DNA from: an uncultured Desulfurococcaceae archaeon
GTDB lineage: Archaea > Thermoproteota > Thermoprotei_A > Sulfolobales > NBVN01
DNA length: 52,679 nucleotides
Direction of reading: 5' to 3'
Assembly (NCBI GenBank): GCA_964417765.1
Contig: CAYQIX010000001.1
Location: forward strand, 1-52,679
Numbering within the stretch: the first letter of the stretch is position 1; each line of letters opens with the position of its first letter. Positions 38,875 through 47,141 of this stretch are shown here, in pieces. Made by a program: the position numbers and the translations under genes. The notes below the pieces were generated by a model, which worked only from the letters and a program-made list of their open reading frames with translations, was not told the origin of the DNA and did not search any database.

Positions 38875-39327
38875 ATGACACTTAATTTATCTTTAAAGGA
38901 CGTTGTGCTTGCTGTGATAGCAAGTGGAGCACGCAGTATTAAGGAAGTAGCTGACGCACTCATGGTTAAGGAGGACATGGTAAGAGGCGTTATTGAAGAA
39001 CTTAAGAGATCAGGTCTTATTGAGGAGGTTGAGAAGGGTTTCTGGATATTTAAGAGAAAAGTATTAGAGCTAACTGAGATAGGTAGGGCAGAAGCTGAGA
39101 AGGCGCTGGAGAAACTAAGGAAGGTTGCTGAGGAGGTTAGAAGTAGAGTAAGTAGTGAAATGCCTCCAGAGGAGGCTCAGAAGGTCATAGAGCCGTACGC
39201 TCCCATACTGCCCGTGCTGCTCTATCTCGGACTGCTTGATCTGCTACTCCTTGAATCCTTATTCCTGGTACCTTCACTAGTTCTCTGGGATATGAGTGAC
39301 TTCGGCAGTGACGTGAGGCTTGAGTAA
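38875..39327 (+). CDS. Hypothetical winged-helix-like protein with hydrophobic C-terminal segment
   Basis: The N-terminal SIKEVADALMVKEDMVRGVIEELKRSGLIEEVEKG resembles a wHTH recognition unit. It is followed by a charged helical region and then a hydrophobic tail, APILPVLLYLGLLDLLLLESLFLVPSLVLW. Confidence 0.4.
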   Translation: MTLNLSLKDVVLAVIASGARSIKEVADALMVKEDMVRGVIEELKRSGLIEEVEKGFWIFKRKVLELTEIGRAEAEKALEKLRKVAEEVRSRVSSEMPPEEAQKVIEPYAPILPVLLYLGLLDLLLLESLFLVPSLVLWDMSDFGSDVRLE

Positions 39328-39334
39328 CGCCTGA

Positions 39335-39658
39335 CTAATCTTCGAGTCCTGCAGCATACCTGAAGTAGTACCCAGGTTTCTTCCTCTTCCCGAAGCTCTC
39401 AAGTCCCTTCTCACGTAGCTGCTTCCTTAGAGCATCGGCTTCCTCCTTAGTGATCTCACCTTTCTTCTCTAAGTAATCAATTACTTCCTCAGCTTCTTTA
39501 GGTGTTCTGGCTCTCCTAATGAAGTCTACTGCACCAGGCATGAAGCCTCTTAGTGGATCCTTCCCTAACTTAGGAGGCCCTTCAAGAAGCTCCTTAGCAA
39601 GGTGAGGAAACAGCTTCTTAAACTTCCTAATATCATATTCAATCACTGTATTCACCAA
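39335..39658 (-). CDS. Conserved archaeal hypothetical protein (DUF2095-like)
   Basis: 107 aa charged protein. FPHLAKEL...DFIRRARTPKEAEEVIDYLEKKGEITKEEADALRKQLREKGLESFGKRKKPGYY resembles a small archaea-specific family, recalled from memory and not verified. Confidence 0.45.
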   Translation of the reverse strand: MVNTVIEYDIRKFKKLFPHLAKELLEGPPKLGKDPLRGFMPGAVDFIRRARTPKEAEEVIDYLEKKGEITKEEADALRKQLREKGLESFGKRKKPGYYFRYAAGLED

Positions 39659-39810
39659 CTGCTACTTCCTACGATAGCTAATAAGTAGTACACACCAAGT
39701 ATTTTAGAGGACTTAGAAGTTTCGTAAACTTGTTTCTTAATTATGGCTACTTAGCTGTGATTTTGCTGTTATGTTGCAGTTGCATTAACTTAGGACAAAG
39801 CTTAGGTAGA

Positions 39811-40530
39811 TCAGACTAAACTGTACTTATTTATTATCTCTTTAACTAAGTCAGCTAATTCATTTATAGCTGCCTTGAGAAGCTCTTCACCTTTTTCTCT
39901 AGATGCTTGTGTTGCTGCGCCGAGGACGGCGTTTCTGTATAGTTCTTTCTCGATCTTCCTTGAGTAAACCCTCAATTTAGGTAGTTCAGCTATATTATCT
40001 TGAGCATTTTTCATATCTACGGCATCTGGTGCTATGGCTAGCATTACGCTTGTTTCATCTTCACCTGCGTGACCTGGGTGCTTGAATAACTCCTTCAACT
40101 TATCTCTGGCTAGGTCTACCCACCAGTTAGTAACGATTATTGCTGTGTCACTCTCATTAGCTACAGCCCTTGCGGCTTCGGCCACAGCTCTCGAATTACC
40201 TCCATGACCATTAACTACGAGTATGACTTTATACCCGTTCCGTGATATCTCTGACAGAACTTCCTTAATGTACAAATAAAGAACCTCCGATGGCACGTCG
40301 ATCGTTCCAGGGAATTCCCTCAGTCCTCGGCAAGAACCGTACCAGATCGGCGGGAACAGATGTGCATTTAGTTTTTCAGCTACCTTCTCAGCTATGTAGC
40401 TGGCAGCTATTGTGTCCGTACCTAGTGGGAGGTGATTGCCGTGTCTCTCGACACTGCCTACAGCTATTACTGCAATCCTCTTCTGTTCTTTATCGTATTT
40501 TCCACCAGAGAGCAGCCACACCTTACTCAA
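39811..40530 (-). CDS. Creatininase-family amidohydrolase (ArfB/MftE-type fold)
   Basis: GSVERHGNHLPLGTD and VVNGHGGN metal-binding motifs of the creatininase family. TTG start. The minus strand reads CTTATAAG about 25-30 nt upstream. Confidence 0.8.
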   Translation of the reverse strand: MSKVWLLSGGKYDKEQKRIAVIAVGSVERHGNHLPLGTDTIAASYIAEKVAEKLNAHLFPPIWYGSCRGLREFPGTIDVPSEVLYLYIKEVLSEISRNGYKVILVVNGHGGNSRAVAEAARAVANESDTAIIVTNWWVDLARDKLKELFKHPGHAGEDETSVMLAIAPDAVDMKNAQDNIAELPKLRVYSRKIEKELYRNAVLGAATQASREKGEELLKAAINELADLVKEIINKYSLV

Positions 40531-40584
40531 GGCGCTACACCGTGATCATGTAGAGTAGCAGCTTATAAGATCTACGAAATAACT

Positions 40585-41835
40585 CTACTCTACATACCCC
40601 AACATCCTTACTGCTGGAGCGACCTCAGCCACAACGTGTCCCTTCTCGTAGCTGTATCTCAGTTTCACGTCCCTAGATACAGCATCAACACTCCTCAGCC
40701 CCTTAATGAGGGGTATCTTAATCTGCCTGACAAATATGGGATCCCCTACCTCTCCTCTATTAATGATCCACACATTCTCAGGTATGATTGTGACCAGCCC
40801 ACCCCGTAATTCGGCCCTAATTAGCCCTTTAGCATAGAGACCTTTCTTAGTTTCCTCAATGATTTCACGCAGCCTCCAGTCTCCAGGAGCTATGGTAAGC
40901 GTTGAGTGCATTGCCTTAGGTACATGAAAGAGCCCCCGAGCCTGACCTGGCGTAGCTTTAAAACCTGCCTTCTTAAATCTAAAAGCACTTGACCTAGTGT
41001 GAAGAAGTTCAGTGACGACTCCATTAACGATCAAGTATTTCCTCTTAGACCTAACCCCCTCGTCATCAAATGATGTGCTAGCTGGGCTCAAAGTCGCTAG
41101 TGGATCATCACTTACGTTGAGCCACTTAACGCCTAGGTCCTGCCCCGGAATTAAGTGCTCACCTCTATCTCCTTCAAGTAGGTGTGCTAGCTCATGAAAG
41201 AGAGCACCTGCTAATTCGTAGTCGAGAACTAGCACCCACTTACCTACATTTAAAGGACTTAGCGCCTTAGCTCTTAGCTGCGATGCAGCTCTGAAACTTA
41301 AGTCCTCAACCACCTCCTCAATAACACTCATTACGCTTCTTAAGTTGCCTGTGACTGCGATAGAGAAGCTAGCTACAGCGTACTTGCCGTAGCTCTTTTC
41401 CTCAGCAAATATTGATAACTCAGAGACTCCCTTAAACTCAGTACATGAAAATTCAGAAGATTCTATACTCCTCTCTATGTAGGTTGAAGTGGCAATTACC
41501 TCGCCTGCACCACCTAGAAGGGCGGCAATTTCTCTCACAATACTCACAAGCTCACTTAGGTCTACCTCTTCACCTACTGATGACACACCGCTACAGAAGT
41601 CAGCTTCCTCAAGTTCTGATGAGGTGCAGCAAGTGATATTTCTAGATAGCGAGTGGACCAGCTCCTTAAGTCTACTAAGATCAGCTTCAGAAGATGAGGA
41701 TGCGATCACCCAATTTCCTCTAACAAACCTCCTTAGCCCTAAGTATTCAGCGCTTGACTTACTTACCTCCATGGACCCTCTGCGCCACGCAGCTATATTA
41801 ACGTGTTGCTTAAGCTTAGTAATATCCTCGTACAT
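40585..41835 (-). CDS. TldD/PmbA-family putative metallopeptidase (orphan, no partner gene)
   Basis: 416 aa. The FDDEGV motif is shared with the tldD/pmbA pair at 16.5-19.3 kb. A potential metal site FHELAHLLEGDR (HExxH) replaces the HExxxH of canonical TldD. Confidence 0.7.
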   Translation of the reverse strand: MYEDITKLKQHVNIAAWRRGSMEVSKSSAEYLGLRRFVRGNWVIASSSSEADLSRLKELVHSLSRNITCCTSSELEEADFCSGVSSVGEEVDLSELVSIVREIAALLGGAGEVIATSTYIERSIESSEFSCTEFKGVSELSIFAEEKSYGKYAVASFSIAVTGNLRSVMSVIEEVVEDLSFRAASQLRAKALSPLNVGKWVLVLDYELAGALFHELAHLLEGDRGEHLIPGQDLGVKWLNVSDDPLATLSPASTSFDDEGVRSKRKYLIVNGVVTELLHTRSSAFRFKKAGFKATPGQARGLFHVPKAMHSTLTIAPGDWRLREIIEETKKGLYAKGLIRAELRGGLVTIIPENVWIINRGEVGDPIFVRQIKIPLIKGLRSVDAVSRDVKLRYSYEKGHVVAEVAPAVRMLGYVE

Positions 41836-41880
41836 ATCTTCCTTACTTCAACATACTTACGGGGGTGTTAAGTATTAGTT

Positions 41881-41900
41881 ATGGTAATTTATGGTAATTT
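41881..41900. repeat. Perfect 10-bp tandem duplication (ATGGTAATTT x2)
   Basis: Read directly at 41881-41890 and 41891-41900. It spans the MoaD-like stop codon and the spacer before the TldD-like gene. Confidence 0.9.
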
Positions 41901-42168
41901 AACTGCCGCCAGCTGCTGGAGGAAATATAGATACCTCATCTCCGTCCTTGAGGTGTGTCTTAAGTCCTCCAGTAAACTGTATATGTCTTCCATTGACCAG
42001 AATCACTAGATCTACATTTTTCTCTTTAAACTTCTGTATGACTTTTCTAAGTTCTGGAAGGGCTGTCAGTAGATCCTCAAACGTCGAGTTATTCTCTAAT
42101 TCAACTACTTTCTGCTTCCATCCTAGTTTCTCAGGCAGTGAGAGGAATGCGGTGACCTTCACCTTCAT
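41899..42168 (-). CDS. MoaD/ThiS-family ubiquitin-like sulfur-carrier protein, C-terminus ...FPPAAGGS
   Basis: 89-aa form starting MKVKVTAFLSLPEKLG... and ending DGDEVSIFPPAAGGS, a beta-grasp MoaD pattern. I prefer ATG 42168 because it forms TAATG with the rSAM stop. The listed longer ORF (to 42237) would overlap the rSAM gene by 70 nt. Confidence 0.75.
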   Translation of the reverse strand: MKVKVTAFLSLPEKLGWKQKVVELENNSTFEDLLTALPELRKVIQKFKEKNVDLVILVNGRHIQFTGGLKTHLKDGDEVSIFPPAAGGS

Positions 42169-43280
42169 TACAGCGGGCACCTCACTATGTCCCTCGAGTA
42201 CGGGCAGTGAGCACAGGTAGGTGAATTCCCCCAACAATCATATCTGTTTGTCAGAGTTAAAGTACAGTAATGTTCTAGGGGACAGTCGAGGCATGAAGGT
42301 TCATGCATGAAGTAAGTAATCACTCTGAACTTGACGTACGACGTGCTGAGCCATATCTCACTAAGTTCATCAGTTCTTAAATCACCGAACACTACAGGAT
42401 ATAATTCCCTGGTGATGTTATTCATTGTGACCGACCACCTTCTAGAGTAGTAGATGCACGGCGTCACGAGGCCGTCAACCCTCACGAAAGCTGCTCTCTT
42501 CGTAATGAAGGGGCATGACCTCTCTGAAACTGATGTAGTAAACTTCGGCAGCAACACACTAATACCGTAGAGGAGGCTCAGGCGCGCAGCCTCATATGAT
42601 ACCTCCTCAATACTTGAAGTGCAGGAGGGGTCTCTATAGCAAGCCAGCGACTCTTCAATATCAGAACTTAATGGGATTACATTTGAAACTACTACATGGG
42701 AGGCACCTACATCCTTAGCTAGCTTAATGACGTCAGTTAAGCACGCATAATTCAGCTTAGTAACGGTGAAGTGTATATGTAGGTCAGGAGTGTAGGGCCC
42801 CCTGATACGGAGCTCACGTAATTCCTGCAAGGCATGAACGATCTTATAGAGGTCACCCCCTAATCTGAGCTTACTATAAATCTCATCGCTAGCTGAATCA
42901 ATGCTGACAACTAGGGAGTCAACTCTTAGTCTGTGAATATCACGTACATACTCCTCTAGCAGCACACCATTAGTGTTCAAGAGTACCTCCATGCCACTAG
43001 ACTTAATTGCAGATATCACTTCAAGTATATCTGGGTGAGTTAGCGGCTCACCCCAACCTGACAGTACTATGCGCTTAACGCCGGACTTGGAAGCTTTCTT
43101 AATTATTGCGCGAGCTATATCCAGGTCTATTTCAGTTATCTCACGGGAACTAAGGAACTTTCTGAAGCAATAAGTGCAGTTTAGATTGCATTTCGTAGTT
43201 AGCTCAAGCATTAATTCATTAGGACGCGAATCTTGAGAGGGCGTGATAATCCAGTCACTAATGCGAACAGCAGGCCTCAC
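42168..43280 (-). CDS. Radical SAM/SPASM protein, tungsten-cofactor oxidoreductase maturase type (Cmo-like)
   Basis: CNLNCTYC (CxxxCxxC). The C-terminal auxiliary-cluster region has CPFITKRAAFVRVDGLVTPC (Cx13Gx4C), CLDCPLEHYC (Cx2Cx5C) and CAHCPY. Divergent from aor, as for Pyrococcus cmo. GTG start. Confidence 0.8.
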   Translation of the reverse strand: MRPAVRISDWIITPSQDSRPNELMLELTTKCNLNCTYCFRKFLSSREITEIDLDIARAIIKKASKSGVKRIVLSGWGEPLTHPDILEVISAIKSSGMEVLLNTNGVLLEEYVRDIHRLRVDSLVVSIDSASDEIYSKLRLGGDLYKIVHALQELRELRIRGPYTPDLHIHFTVTKLNYACLTDVIKLAKDVGASHVVVSNVIPLSSDIEESLACYRDPSCTSSIEEVSYEAARLSLLYGISVLLPKFTTSVSERSCPFITKRAAFVRVDGLVTPCIYYSRRWSVTMNNITRELYPVVFGDLRTDELSEIWLSTSYVKFRVITYFMHEPSCLDCPLEHYCTLTLTNRYDCWGNSPTCAHCPYSRDIVRCPL

Positions 43281-43319
43281 ATACCTCGTCAGTGTTCCCC
43301 TATGTGGTATGACGTAAGC

Positions 43320-43387
43320 GAAAAATTAAAAACATTCTGGACCGTAGCTGTTACCTGCCTGTAATTCTTGAAATTTTTATATATTTT
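43320..43387. promoter_or_regulatory. Divergent promoter region between rSAM maturase and aor
   Basis: TTTTTATATATTTT lies on the plus strand at 43374-43387, about 45 nt before the aor ATG 43429. TTTTTAATTTTT lies on the minus strand at about 43320-43331, about 40-50 nt before the rSAM GTG 43280. Confidence 0.4.
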
Positions 43388-43428
43388 AAGTTCGTAAATA
43401 GTATTGACCTTCTAGTTTGGTGTTAGCT

Positions 43429-45321
43429 ATGGTTGGGGGTTACGTAGGTAGGATACTACGTGTTAATCTATGGAGTGGGAAGTGCCTTATAGAGCCACTA
43501 CCTCCTGAGAGTGTCCTTAGGTCGTGGTTAGGTGGGCGAGGCCTTGGAGTGTACTTGGCTTTGAAAGAGATAGACCCTAAGGCAGACCCCCTAGGGCCCA
43601 GGAATAAGGCGTTTGTTCTGACAGGTCCTGTAACTGGCATAGCTGGCGTCCCAGAGAGCGGTAGGTGGTGCAGTGTCACGAAGTCACCTCTAACAAACAC
43701 TATTCATGATAGTCAGAGTGGCGGCAAGTTCGGCCCTGAACTAAAGTTTGCTGGCTTCGATGCTGTGATACTAGAGGATGTGTCAGAGTCTCCTGTGTAC
43801 CTGTGGATTCACGACGGGAAAGCAGAGTTGAGGTGTGCCTGCCACCTGTGGGGTAAGGACGTACATGCAGTGACGGACATGATTCGTGAGGAGCTGGCTA
43901 CTGAGGTAGGTAAGGATGAGGCAGCTAAGATTAAGGTACTAACTATAGGTCCTGCAGGTGAGAACTTAGTAAAATTTGCTGCGTTAATGAATGACAAGAA
44001 CAGAGCAGCAGGTAGAGGAGGTCATGGAGCTGTATGGGGAAGTAAGAAGATTAAGGCAATAGCTGTCCTGGGTCACGGCAGGCCTAGCGTAGCTGATGAA
44101 GGTAAGTTTAGAGAGGCAGTAGCTAAGGCAGCTAAAAAGCACCGCGAAAGCCCTGTAACGTCTGAAGGACTACCTAAGTTCGGAACTGCGGTTCTAGTAA
44201 ACATCATAAATAAGGCAGGGATATTCCCGACCCGGAACTTCAAGACAGGGGTCTTCGAAGGTGCGGAGAAAATCAGTGGTGAGACATTAGCTGAAAAGTA
44301 CCTTGACAGGAAGAAGAGCGTTGAAGAGTCTTGCTGGGGATGTATGATAACGTGCGCTAGGTACAGCAGAGTAACTAACTCACCGTTTAGTGGAGAAGGA
44401 GGAGGTCCGGAGTACGAAACCATATGGGCTTTTGGAGCGCAGACAGGAACAGACGATCTAGAAGCTATAATTAAAGCAAACTTCCTCTGTAATGAACTAG
44501 GGCTAGATACCATAAGCATGGGCCACGTCATAGGTACGTTTATGGAGCTTGTAGAGCTAGGTAAGATACCTGAAGAGAAGTTGAGAGGCCTGAAAGCTAA
44601 GTGGGGGACACCAGAAGCTATAGTTGAGTTAACCTGGAGGACTGCCTACAGGTCAGGTATAGGTGACGAACTAGCTGAAGGTGCTGAGAGACTAGCTAAG
44701 AAGTACGGAGCACCTGAGGTAGCTATGACGGTGAGAGGACAGGAGCTACCAGCATATGACCCCAGAGGCGCTCAAGGACACGGCCTAGCTTACGCGACAA
44801 GCAACCGAGGAGGATGCCACCTGAGAGCATACATAATATCTCCTGAGGTGCTGGGTGTTCCATCACTTGTTGATAGGTTTAAGACTGAAGGTAAGCCTGC
44901 ACTAGTCAAGGAGTTCCAAGATGTCTTTGCTGTAATCGACTCAATGATAGTGTGCAAGTTCTCGAGTTTCGCTATATGGGATGAGGAATACGCTGAGCTC
45001 ATAAGTGCAGTGACAGGATGGGATGTAAGTAAGGAGGAGGTTCACAAGATCGGAGAGAGAATATGGAATGCTGAGAGGGCATTTAACATACTCAGCTTTG
45101 GCGATGGCAGAGAGTACGATACCCTACCTAAGAGACTACTTGAAGAACCAATGCCTGAAGGACCATCAAAAGGTTATGTAGTGAAGCTAAGTGAAATGCT
45201 TGATGAGTATTACAAGCTACGTGGCTGGGTAGATGGTAGGCCGACCAGAGCAAAGTTGGAGGAGCTAGGACTAAAGTGGATAGCAGACAGGCTGGAAGAG
45301 GAGGGGCTCTTACCAGAGTAA
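43429..45321 (+). CDS. aor: Aldehyde:ferredoxin oxidoreductase family (tungstopterin enzyme)
   Basis: About 630 aa. N-terminal GRILRVNL...GGRGLG, and later NRGGCHL and ...DSMIVCKF blocks characteristic of the AOR family. ATG 43429 is preferred over the listed TTG 43417. Confidence 0.9.
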   Translation: MVGGYVGRILRVNLWSGKCLIEPLPPESVLRSWLGGRGLGVYLALKEIDPKADPLGPRNKAFVLTGPVTGIAGVPESGRWCSVTKSPLTNTIHDSQSGGKFGPELKFAGFDAVILEDVSESPVYLWIHDGKAELRCACHLWGKDVHAVTDMIREELATEVGKDEAAKIKVLTIGPAGENLVKFAALMNDKNRAAGRGGHGAVWGSKKIKAIAVLGHGRPSVADEGKFREAVAKAAKKHRESPVTSEGLPKFGTAVLVNIINKAGIFPTRNFKTGVFEGAEKISGETLAEKYLDRKKSVEESCWGCMITCARYSRVTNSPFSGEGGGPEYETIWAFGAQTGTDDLEAIIKANFLCNELGLDTISMGHVIGTFMELVELGKIPEEKLRGLKAKWGTPEAIVELTWRTAYRSGIGDELAEGAERLAKKYGAPEVAMTVRGQELPAYDPRGAQGHGLAYATSNRGGCHLRAYIISPEVLGVPSLVDRFKTEGKPALVKEFQDVFAVIDSMIVCKFSSFAIWDEEYAELISAVTGWDVSKEEVHKIGERIWNAERAFNILSFGDGREYDTLPKRLLEEPMPEGPSKGYVVKLSEMLDEYYKLRGWVDGRPTRAKLEELGLKWIADRLEEEGLLPE

Positions 45322-45421
45322 GATTTAACTTAATTTCATTAGGGTAATACATTATTTTTCTCCTAAAATAATGTGCTCCCCCAACATCACCTCAAACCTA
45401 CGCTTAGATAGATGATGAGGC

Positions 45422-45622
45422 ATGAATATAATGAGTAAGTTAGATGACGTTATTGATAAGGCTAAGAAAGCACTTCTCGACGAGCTCTATGCTTCTGCGA
45501 TCTACAAGAAGCTAGCTATGCAGCATAGAAAAGGTGAGCTATTCAAGAAATTCAAGACGTTAGCTGATGTGGAGCGGAAGCATGCGAGGTTCTGGATGGA
45601 ATTCTTAATGAAGGGGGAGTAA
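45422..45622 (+). CDS. Ferritin-like (CCC1 N-terminal diiron) domain, first half; 5' fragment of a split ferritin-VIT1 gene
   Basis: Contains helix A (DELYASAIYKKLA) and helix B with ExxH (VERKHARFW). It terminates just after a G5 run, and the downstream frame continues the same domain. Confidence 0.65.
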   Translation: MNIMSKLDDVIDKAKKALLDELYASAIYKKLAMQHRKGELFKKFKTLADVERKHARFWMEFLMKGE

Positions 45623-45633
45623 AGGTAGATGAG

Positions 45634-46548
45634 GTGCGGGTTAGCAGGACTAAATTAGCACTATGGGTAGATGTATTCAAAATCCTAGGTCCGGGACTTG
45701 CTTTCAAGATTCTTGAATCTAGTGAGAAGCGAGCTATAGAGCTGTACTATGAATTATTAGAGGGTAACTACCTGACGGCTGAAGAGCGTGAGAAGCTGAG
45801 GGAAATTCTTGAGGATGAATTAGTTCACGAGGATGAGATAGCTGAGGAAGGGTCTAAATTTAAGGAGTTCATTGGTCACGTGAGAGATGCTGTGCTTGGA
45901 ATGAATGATGGGCTCGTAGAAGTGCTTTCGGTGTCAGCAGGTCTCGCAGGCGCGTACGGCGACCCCATGTACGTCGCTATCGGAGGGCTGATAGTTGGTG
46001 TTGGCGGTGCACTATCTATGGGGATCGGCGCGTTTATGAGTGTGAGAGCACATAAGCAGGTCAGGCTAGGTTTGATGGTGAGATTAAGTGCCGCAGCTAG
46101 GTACGCTGCAGAGCTATTAATTAAGAAGGTTGTTGAGTCTTTGAAGAAGCGGGGTATCAGTGAAGAGACTGCATTGAAGGTAGCGAAGGAAATGCTACAG
46201 AAGGGTTCACTAAGTAGTGTAGATGCTATCGAGGGGTTCGGCGCAAGTGAGGAGGTCATAGGCAATCCTGCTAAGGCAGGACTGTACACCGGGCTATCAT
46301 ATGCTGTAGGCGCTTTCGTTCCGCTTCTTCCATACTTCATTATGATGCCAGTACGTCTAGCATTACCTGCTTCGTTTTTAGTTGCTTCTGTCATGCTGTC
46401 AGTTATGGGATTCCTAATAGCTATTACGGCAGACCTCAGCATCAAAGCCAAGATTGCTGAGATAGTAGCAGCTGGAATAGGGTCGGCTCTCTTGACTTTC
46501 GGCATAGGAAAGCTAGCTTCAGTTCTTCTGGGTATTGAGGTGACGTAG
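45634..46548 (+). CDS. VIT1/CCC1-family iron/manganese transporter with the second half of the ferritin-like domain; 3' fragment of the split gene
   Basis: ESSEKRAIELYYELL and ELVHEDE (ExxH) complete a four-helix diiron bundle. Next come VRDAVLGMNDGLVEVLSV and the hydrophobic C-terminal VIT1 membrane domain. This frame is open back to about 45601. Confidence 0.75.
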   Translation: MRVSRTKLALWVDVFKILGPGLAFKILESSEKRAIELYYELLEGNYLTAEEREKLREILEDELVHEDEIAEEGSKFKEFIGHVRDAVLGMNDGLVEVLSVSAGLAGAYGDPMYVAIGGLIVGVGGALSMGIGAFMSVRAHKQVRLGLMVRLSAAARYAAELLIKKVVESLKKRGISEETALKVAKEMLQKGSLSSVDAIEGFGASEEVIGNPAKAGLYTGLSYAVGAFVPLLPYFIMMPVRLALPASFLVASVMLSVMGFLIAITADLSIKAKIAEIVAAGIGSALLTFGIGKLASVLLGIEVT

Positions 46549-46601
46549 AGTAGGAAGCAATATAATGTATGTAGGGGAATCTATGGTGAGGCGACATAAA
46601 G

Positions 46602-47072
46602 GTGGAGGAATTTGTTGAGCTAGCTAGGAAGATGATTGACAGGGAGGAGACTTACGCGCGTGACCTTGAGGACCTTGCTAACAAGGTAAGTCACCCGGTC
46701 CTCAAAGCACTTATTACTGGGGTCGCGTCAGACTCAAGAAAGCACAGTAACTTCTATGCTGCAGTATTAGCGCTACTTACTGAGCAGGCTCCTCTAATGT
46801 CTCAGGAGAAGTTGGACCTAATTCAGGAGGCCATCAGGAAGCATATTAGATTAGAAGAGGAGATGATTAAATTAACTGAAGAGTGGCTCAGTAAAGTCGA
46901 TGATTCTAGGCTGAAGCTGATATTAGCTGCAATACGTGACGATGAGATTAAGCACCACAGCCTTCTTGTAAGTATCGAGAAGCACATAGCGCGCGCTGAA
47001 ACATTAACAGAGCAGGATCTTTGGGACATGATATGGAAGGATAGCTTATGGCACGGTGCTCCTGGAGGTTAG
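46602..47072 (+). CDS. Ferritin-like / four-helix-bundle protein (function unknown)
   Basis: 156 aa helical protein with paired acidic/His motifs (DSRKH, DDEIKHH) spaced as in the ferritin-like superfamily. GTG start. Confidence 0.5.
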   Translation: MEEFVELARKMIDREETYARDLEDLANKVSHPVLKALITGVASDSRKHSNFYAAVLALLTEQAPLMSQEKLDLIQEAIRKHIRLEEEMIKLTEEWLSKVDDSRLKLILAAIRDDEIKHHSLLVSIEKHIARAETLTEQDLWDMIWKDSLWHGAPGG

Positions 47073-47141
47073 CTAGATCTTTGGGTGTATGGTTCTCGCT
47101 CAAACTAAAATGTATTTTTGAAGAGCACTTAACGCTAATTA

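Noticed and set aside
41881-41900. Short tandem repeats (10 bp x2 here, 11 bp x2 at 3697-3718), considered as CRISPR or minisatellite seeds.
   Set aside because: There are only two adjacent copies with no spacers, which is far too short for a CRISPR array. They are kept only as simple repeats.
42169-42237. N-terminal extension of the listed 112-aa MoaD-like ORF (MLGEFTYLCSLPVLEGHSEVPAV).
   Set aside because: It overlaps the conserved Cys-rich C-terminus of the rSAM gene in another frame. The internal ATG at 42168 gives a standard-length MoaD and a TAATG coupling junction.
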